A program made the position numbers and the translations under genes. From an uncultured bacterium (GTDB lineage Bacteria > Babelota > Babeliae > Babelales > Babelaceae), in NCBI GenBank assembly GCA_963722385.1, contig CAVRKK010000001.1:96001-160000 (forward strand): DNA of 64,000 bases, read 5' to 3'. Below the pieces are notes generated by a model that worked only from the letters and a program-made list of their open reading frames with translations, made no database searches and was not told the DNA's origin. Below are positions 60,484 to 64,000 of the stretch, piece after piece. Position 1 is the stretch's first letter, and each line of letters starts with the position of its first letter.

Positions 60484-62496
60484 ATGAAAATTAAATTATT
60501 GATTATTCTTATTTTAATGCACAGCGGAGAGGCCCAAAATAAGCTAGCTCCTTTAGCCGAGGAGATTGCGAGTAAAGACCTTGCAATTACCAATAAAGAC
60601 CAATTTGAGCAGAAGCTTAAAAGCCTCATGAATCAGACAAAGACCCTTTTGCCCCAATCCTTTAATCAATCAACAAGGGAAAGGGCAGATCATCTTTATA
60701 ACCGGCTTGATGCAGTTATAGAAGTGTATGCTGATCGCTATCCGGTTCCCGAGCTGATGGATGAAACAAAAGGTCTTTTAAAAGAGCTCTCTCAAAAATT
60801 CAAGCTCGAAAGCGCTATTCCGTATGTAGTCCCTATAGAAGAAAATCGTGAACCGGTAAATATTGGCACCGCAAGCATAACAGAGTTTTTTGATTTTGCT
60901 CAAAGAGATAAAGCTCGGCCAATGACTCAGACGGAGGCATACGTCAGTAGACCCGTACTGAGAGAAGTTATTACCGGCAAAATAGCTATGGAAAAAGGAG
61001 TTTTTCATACGGCTCTGCTTTCTTGGGAACATTCTGGGATATACAATGTTTTGCTTGCTCGTACACTTACTCAAGAGAGAAAACACCGAGACCATCATGT
61101 TGTCTATCATGCTCAAGAGAGAAACTTTATACTTTTCTACGACATCTTAAACGAACTTTTTAAAAGAACTTTAGAAAAAGGATACTCTGCTTTTGAGTAC
61201 TTACGCATACCTGGTAGCGCAACCTATGCAAAAACGCTAGCAGAAATACTTCAAAAAGGATTTGAATCAGACACTGAACCTGAAATAGTAAAATTGCTCT
61301 TATCAATAAATCTTTCTTTGTTTGGCAATGCTAGAACAATAGGCGAAGGCTCATTGAGCGCATTTATTTTAAATCAAAGCATCAATCCTCCACGCGCTTT
61401 ATTCGAGCTCATTTTTGATAAATTTGGCATTAATGATGCGTATATAAAAAAATTCGAAGATCTTTTCGCTTTATATAAACCTCAAGAAGGAGGCAACTTG
61501 CTGCAGATTTTTATACCAAGAAGTAAAATCAATGATTATCTTTATCTATCTCAGGCATATGGCAAACCGCTGAGTCAAAAGCCTCTCCTAGCGATTGCGC
61601 CACTTGAACCGGTAACGTTTGTGGACAAAGAAGGTAAACATCATACTTACGATCTAAAAACTATTGATGCACAGACCTATCTTGACATCTACCGCAATCA
61701 CCCGCAAGCTATTTCTTATGAAGATATGGATCGCATTCAAGGTCGCCTATTAATCTCTCATGATTTCCTCCTCAACCCTGAAAGTGGCGTAAAAATATAT
61801 CGCTATAATTTGATGTCTGATCAAAAAACTACCGAGTACAAGAGAAAGCTTACATCACTTATCGATGAAGCACTAGAAGACAAAGCAAAAGCGCAAGCCA
61901 GATTAAGCCCTGCTGATAAAGAGCTTTTTAAGACAATAGGATCTAATGACAGCGCTGCCGTACAAAAGATACTTGAACAAGAATATGTAGACTTCGGTGC
62001 GAAAAACGAGCGAGGAAGAACAGCTCTAGAGGTTGCAGAAAAGAGCGGCAATAAGCCTATACTAGAACTTGTTGAGTTTTATAGTGGCTTCGCTTCTAAA
62101 AACGAGCACCTCATGTCTAAGGCTCTCTTTGATGCTCTACGTTTCTCTCATGATGTTCAGGCAGAGGTGTTCATAAATAAAATCCCATCGGTAAATATAA
62201 GATTCATAAATGGGCAAACTCCTTTAAGTATAGTAATTTCAGAAAAGAATTTTCCTCTCGTCAAACTACTGCTTGAACGTCGTGCTGATGCCAATTTTAC
62301 TGATAAATCAGGAACTACGCCTTTAACTGAAGCTATCACGAGACGAGCGGGAGTCCCCATAGTAAAGCTACTTCTTGAGCATGGAGCTGATCCTAATATT
62401 CCTACCACTTATGGAAAGAAGCCCCTTCAACTAGCTCAATGGAGTCCTAACCGCGATTTAGCTGAATTGCTTGTTCGTTATGGAGCAAAACTTTAA
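60484..62496 (+). CDS. Secreted protein with unknown central domain and C-terminal ankyrin repeats
   Basis: Signal peptide; GRTALE, GQTPLS, GTTPLT, HGADPN repeats. Confidence 0.88.
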   Translation: MKIKLLIILILMHSGEAQNKLAPLAEEIASKDLAITNKDQFEQKLKSLMNQTKTLLPQSFNQSTRERADHLYNRLDAVIEVYADRYPVPELMDETKGLLKELSQKFKLESAIPYVVPIEENREPVNIGTASITEFFDFAQRDKARPMTQTEAYVSRPVLREVITGKIAMEKGVFHTALLSWEHSGIYNVLLARTLTQERKHRDHHVVYHAQERNFILFYDILNELFKRTLEKGYSAFEYLRIPGSATYAKTLAEILQKGFESDTEPEIVKLLLSINLSLFGNARTIGEGSLSAFILNQSINPPRALFELIFDKFGINDAYIKKFEDLFALYKPQEGGNLLQIFIPRSKINDYLYLSQAYGKPLSQKPLLAIAPLEPVTFVDKEGKHHTYDLKTIDAQTYLDIYRNHPQAISYEDMDRIQGRLLISHDFLLNPESGVKIYRYNLMSDQKTTEYKRKLTSLIDEALEDKAKAQARLSPADKELFKTIGSNDSAAVQKILEQEYVDFGAKNERGRTALEVAEKSGNKPILELVEFYSGFASKNEHLMSKALFDALRFSHDVQAEVFINKIPSVNIRFINGQTPLSIVISEKNFPLVKLLLERRADANFTDKSGTTPLTEAITRRAGVPIVKLLLEHGADPNIPTTYGKKPLQLAQWSPNRDLAELLVRYGAKL

Positions 62497-62574
62497 GACC
62501 TGAGCCGGTTGCAGATCGCTTCGCGTTACGCAGAAAACAGCCTAAGCATCTCCTTACGGATAGCCAAGTAGATG

Positions 62575-63180
62575 TCACTTGACTTGGTTTTTTCTAGCTT
62601 GCCGTATAAGAGCATTGATCTTTGGATCGTCGGTGATTTCATCTGCTGTTTGACCATTAAAATTTTGTATAGTGGTATCTGCTTCTTCAGAGAGAAGATA
62701 CTCTATTACAAGAAGTGAGCGTGTAGCCGAGGCGTAATGTAAAGCAGTCCAACCATTTCTTCCTTGCGCATTTACTGAAGCCGGGCGCTCTCTATAAAAA
62801 ATCAATGTATGAACTAATGTGGCCCTCTTTTTTTCGCTATATGGGGCTATGATAGCAAGCGCGAGCGGCGGCAAATCTAGTGACGAAACAAGATTAGGAT
62901 TTGCATTTTTAATGAGAAGTAAATCCACTATATCTAAATTATTGGTCTGAATCGCTATGGCAAGCGGAGTATCGATCGTTAATGTGTCTCTACAGTCAGG
63001 ATCAGCTCCTCTACGTAGAGCATTATAGGAATTGCTAAAATTTCCCGCATAAACAGCATCGATAAGGTTTTTATTGAGCTCTTTTTGATCCTGTTGCATT
63101 CCTTGGACAGGCACGCAACATGCTCCTTGAGCTGCAAATAGTATGCAAAAAGTTATATTTCTTATTTTTTGTATAATCAT
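62575..63180 (-). CDS. Secreted ankyrin-repeat protein
   Basis: Signal peptide (VQG|MQQ); DTPLAIA, GWTALHYA, GQTA. Confidence 0.88.
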   Translation of the reverse strand: MIIQKIRNITFCILFAAQGACCVPVQGMQQDQKELNKNLIDAVYAGNFSNSYNALRRGADPDCRDTLTIDTPLAIAIQTNNLDIVDLLLIKNANPNLVSSLDLPPLALAIIAPYSEKKRATLVHTLIFYRERPASVNAQGRNGWTALHYASATRSLLVIEYLLSEEADTTIQNFNGQTADEITDDPKINALIRQARKNQVK

Positions 63181-63707
63181 GAAATCTCCATCATGTAGCT
63201 ATAAAAATGCAAGCTTTATTTTAACATAAACCTTTTTGTCATGCTAGCTCGTCGAAATGCAGTATGAGTATTTCAAGTATAAGTGATGAGTTTTAGTCGC
63301 TAGGAACACAATTCGCTCTACATCTCATTCAAGCTTCTAGATAGAAATCTTTTGCCGCTTGTTGAAAATAACGCTCTTATATCAAATCAAGAAAATGTAT
63401 ACTTGCTATATACTCAATAATCTCAATCTGATCTTGATTTAACTCACGTTTTTTCCTTTTATTTTGTTCCATGGGCGATGCCATATAAGAAATAAAAAAA
63501 AGAAATAAACTGAAACTAAATAGCCCATAGACTCTCATAGAAGCCCTAGATTTTTATAATAAAACAATGCTTAAATATAGAGCTTAATTATATAAAATAT
63601 TTTCAACCTCGCTATGCTTGACGGGTAAATTTGGCAAGTTTTAATCTAGGCATTGCTGATTTTCCCTACTTTACGGTAAAAGCCATATTATATTTTAAAC
63701 CCCATCT

Positions 63708-64000
63708 TTATAATGAGCGAGAGCCACCGTATACATATCGCATCAGCTTTTGCTCGATCAGCTCTCGTGGAAGCGTACTGAGGAAGCTGGCAGGTCTTTG
63801 CGCTTGCTCTTTTGTAAGATATGCCAGCTCTTGAGCAGGTTGATGTCTTGCCAACAGAGTCTGAAACTTTTTTGCTCTTTCGAGCAGAATTCTTATTTTC
63901 TCTTTATCATCCTCAGCTAAACTTGTGCTCTTTGCTTCTTCAGTAGCCTGGATAAGCTCTTGCAGTCCCTTATCCGCATGCTCTAAAGAAAGACCTAGAG
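63708..64000 (-). CDS. 3' end of a protein with C-terminal F-box-like motif (enters from window edge)
   Basis: Manual translation LGLSLEHADKGLQELIQATEEA...ASFLSTLPRELIEQKLMRYVYGGSRSL*. Confidence 0.7.
   Translation of the reverse strand, partial: LGLSLEHADKGLQELIQATEEAKSTSLAEDDKEKIRILLERAKKFQTLLARHQPAQELAYLTKEQAQRPASFLSTLPRELIEQKLMRYVYGGSRSL

Noticed and set aside
63219..63246. dif-like site (TTATGTTAAAA on the minus strand)
   Set aside because: The XerC arm does not match, and the sequence fits the promoter of the 62575-63180 gene better.

Overview
A bacterial chromosomal segment. Its gene content and style suggest an intracellular parasite of protists, such as Babeliota/Dependentiae (TM6). 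This is an inference from the many signal-peptide-bearing ankyrin and orphan proteins, not from a database search. Positions 1-22 kb are mostly housekeeping: three pseudopilin-like genes, rplI, dnaB, ruvC, an S8 protease, recF-dnaN (no dnaA beside them), proS, manC, a sulfotransferase and glycosyltransferases, DoxX, a Csp-type copper protein, thrS and a beta-barrel protein. Positions 22-64 kb are an accessory, partly decayed region. It holds secreted ankyrin/F-box-like, kinase-like, GNAT, HEXXH, Cys-rich, beta-propeller and ART-like proteins, AAA ATPases, a dead IS256, a frameshifted IS5, a plasmid-type ParA/RHH module, a resolvase fragment and an archease-rtcB pair. The most notable signals not captured by the ORF track are four: (1) a promoter-bounded ~100-nt rod-shaped RNA directly downstream of archease-rtcB; (2) a Thr-rich leader peptide plus terminator upstream of thrS; (3) a small transcript downstream of recF with a 17-nt anti-SD seed complementary to another 5' UTR in the window; (4) a three-copy, multi-hairpin REPIN-like element with compensatory substitutions. 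I saw no tRNA, rRNA or CRISPR array.
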